Origin: Candidatus Aegiribacteria sp.
GTDB taxonomy: Bacteria > Fermentibacterota > Fermentibacteria > Fermentibacterales > JCC-6
Assembly: GCA_030600545.1 (NCBI GenBank)
Contig: JAUVLV010000005.1
Location: 118-64,117, forward strand
DNA: 64,000 nt
Reading direction: 5' to 3'
Below the pieces are notes generated by a model. That model was not told the origin of the DNA. It saw only the letters and a program-made list of their open reading frames with translations, and made no database searches. The position numbers and the translations under genes are program-made. Within the stretch, counting starts at the first letter, position 1, and every line of letters begins with the position of its first letter. This document shows, piece after piece, positions 63,226-64,000 of this stretch.

Positions 63226-64000
63226 TCAGCTGCCTATCATCATCATTCGTACAGTTGTAACTCCTTCGCGAGTGCTGAGCCTGCAGAAGTAAATTCCTGA
63301 CGAGGCAGGTTCACCCGGGGCAGTTTCGCCGTTCCAAGTAACCTCATGATATCCTTCCTGAAGCTGACTGTTTTCAGCGATGGTATTCACCAGTTTTCCT
63401 GAAATATCGTACACTGTAATGCTGACCACAGCTGCTTCGGGCAGAATGAATCCTATCGTTGTTATACCGGAGAACGGATTGGGAACGTTCTGGTAAAGGG
63501 CAACTGAAGCTGCCTGGAATTCCCCGCTTTCCACGGAAGTGGGATCGTAAATTAACAGAACATATTCCGGATGGTCTATGAATGGATTCCGGTTATGCTG
63601 AATAACGTAGACCGCATCGTTGCGATCGAGTTCCTTTGTGCTGACAGGATCGTTCAAATGCCACTCGATAAGCATCGCTTCCGCCCAGGGTTTTAGTACA
63701 GCTCCGTTGACCATGGCATTGTTGTCCCATCCGTTGTCATCGTTCAGATATCGTGTGGCCATGTAGAAGTAATTACGGGCGAAATCGCCTTTGTAACCAT
63801 CGATAGGTTCGAAGACTGTACCCGAATATTCCGGATACGAGCAGGGTCCAAGGTAACTTTTGTTCAATGATGTCCAGGTAGGGTTACTGACCTCTCCGTA
63901 GGGGTATTTATCTCTTTTGCTGTTCACGTAGGTATCCGTTGGAACTATATGGAAAAGATCTGTTCTCATGGGGTAAGCATCGTTGAACCAGCTGCTCGGC
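63226..64000 (-). CDS. Endonuclease I-family secreted nuclease with FlgD-Ig/T9SS-type C-terminal sorting domain (5' end outside the window)
   Basis: ..PSSWFNDAYPMRTDLFHIVPTDTYVNSKRDKYPYGEV and NRNPFIDHPE (Endonuclease_1 motifs). Tail LYQNVPNPFSGITTIGFILPE..ITVYDISGKLV..GYHEVTWNG..SGIYFCRL. The frame is open to the window edge. Confidence 0.8.
   Translation of the reverse strand, partial: PSSWFNDAYPMRTDLFHIVPTDTYVNSKRDKYPYGEVSNPTWTSLNKSYLGPCSYPEYSGTVFEPIDGYKGDFARNYFYMATRYLNDDNGWDNNAMVNGAVLKPWAEAMLIEWHLNDPVSTKELDRNDAVYVIQHNRNPFIDHPEYVLLIYDPTSVESGEFQAASVALYQNVPNPFSGITTIGFILPEAAVVSITVYDISGKLVNTIAENSQLQEGYHEVTWNGETAPGEPASSGIYFCRLSTREGVTTVRMMMIGS

Noticed and set aside
1-64000. CRISPR arrays, rRNA and tRNA genes
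   Set aside because: Intergenic spacers were read by eye. No regularly spaced direct repeats, no tRNA cloverleaf-like segments (GTTCRANNC T-loop with acceptor pairing), and no rRNA-like conserved stretches were seen. A tRNAscan, Infernal or CRT run is still advisable.

Overview
This 64-kb window is densely coding and looks like an uncultured diderm bacterium. A placement in the FCB-type candidate lineages is only a guess. It rests on three secreted proteins ending in FlgD-Ig/T9SS-type C-terminal sorting domains, plus Omp85-like, TPR-barrel, LolA-like and RND components. Genes often overlap by 1-11 nt (ATGA, TAATG, GTGA junctions). No rRNA, tRNA or CRISPR array was seen.

Layout:
- 0-5 kb: an accessory patch. 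It holds a structured non-coding block resembling the 5' part of a group II intron (minus strand) that truncates a GNAT gene, a DUF4258/DUF2283 TA-like pair, an archaeal-type AAA ATPase, a secreted serpin, and a secreted protein broken at an A7 run.
- 5-8.5 kb: xdhC-like gene coupled to adenosine deaminase, and an Omp85-type barrel.
- 8.5-26.4 kb: a co-directional glycan/EPS locus. It contains a Dpm1-like GT2, two paralogous beta-propeller proteins with sorting domains, a FemAB-like protein, a polytopic membrane protein, glycosyltransferases, Wzx, murB, SDR enzymes, rmlA-like, rfbB, UXS-like, Wza-like and Wzz-like genes.
- 26.5-35.2 kb: an AT-rich orphan radical SAM gene, YigZ-like, a Gate-domain membrane protein, cca, and a TetR-MFP-RND efflux operon.
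- 35.2-42.9 kb: an accessory island and the main find. It starts with an AbiE-like NTase/antitoxin pair and an IS91-type transposase relic. Next comes a compact RiPP-like cassette, and it ends in a decayed ABC ATPase relic. The cassette has two radical SAM/SPASM enzymes (one with a fused PqqD-like domain), a Ser/His S26-type peptidase, two further PqqD-like proteins, an HPr-kinase-like P-loop protein, and an 84-aa Cys/Gly-rich precursor candidate with a 23-residue periodic CxxG core.
- 43-49.4 kb: HAD phosphatase, then a TetR/LolA-like/FtsX x2/ABC/OMP cassette.
- 49.4-59.5 kb: glycosyltransferases, aspartate kinase, uppP, and two tandem TPR+barrel paralogs.
- 59.5-64 kb: a pyrI zinc-domain relic, two tandem 13-codon mini-ORFs with a duplicated SD-start module, a truncated ORF, an ABC pair, and a partial endonuclease I with a sorting domain.

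All family assignments come from reading motifs by eye. No HMM, BLAST or covariance search was possible.
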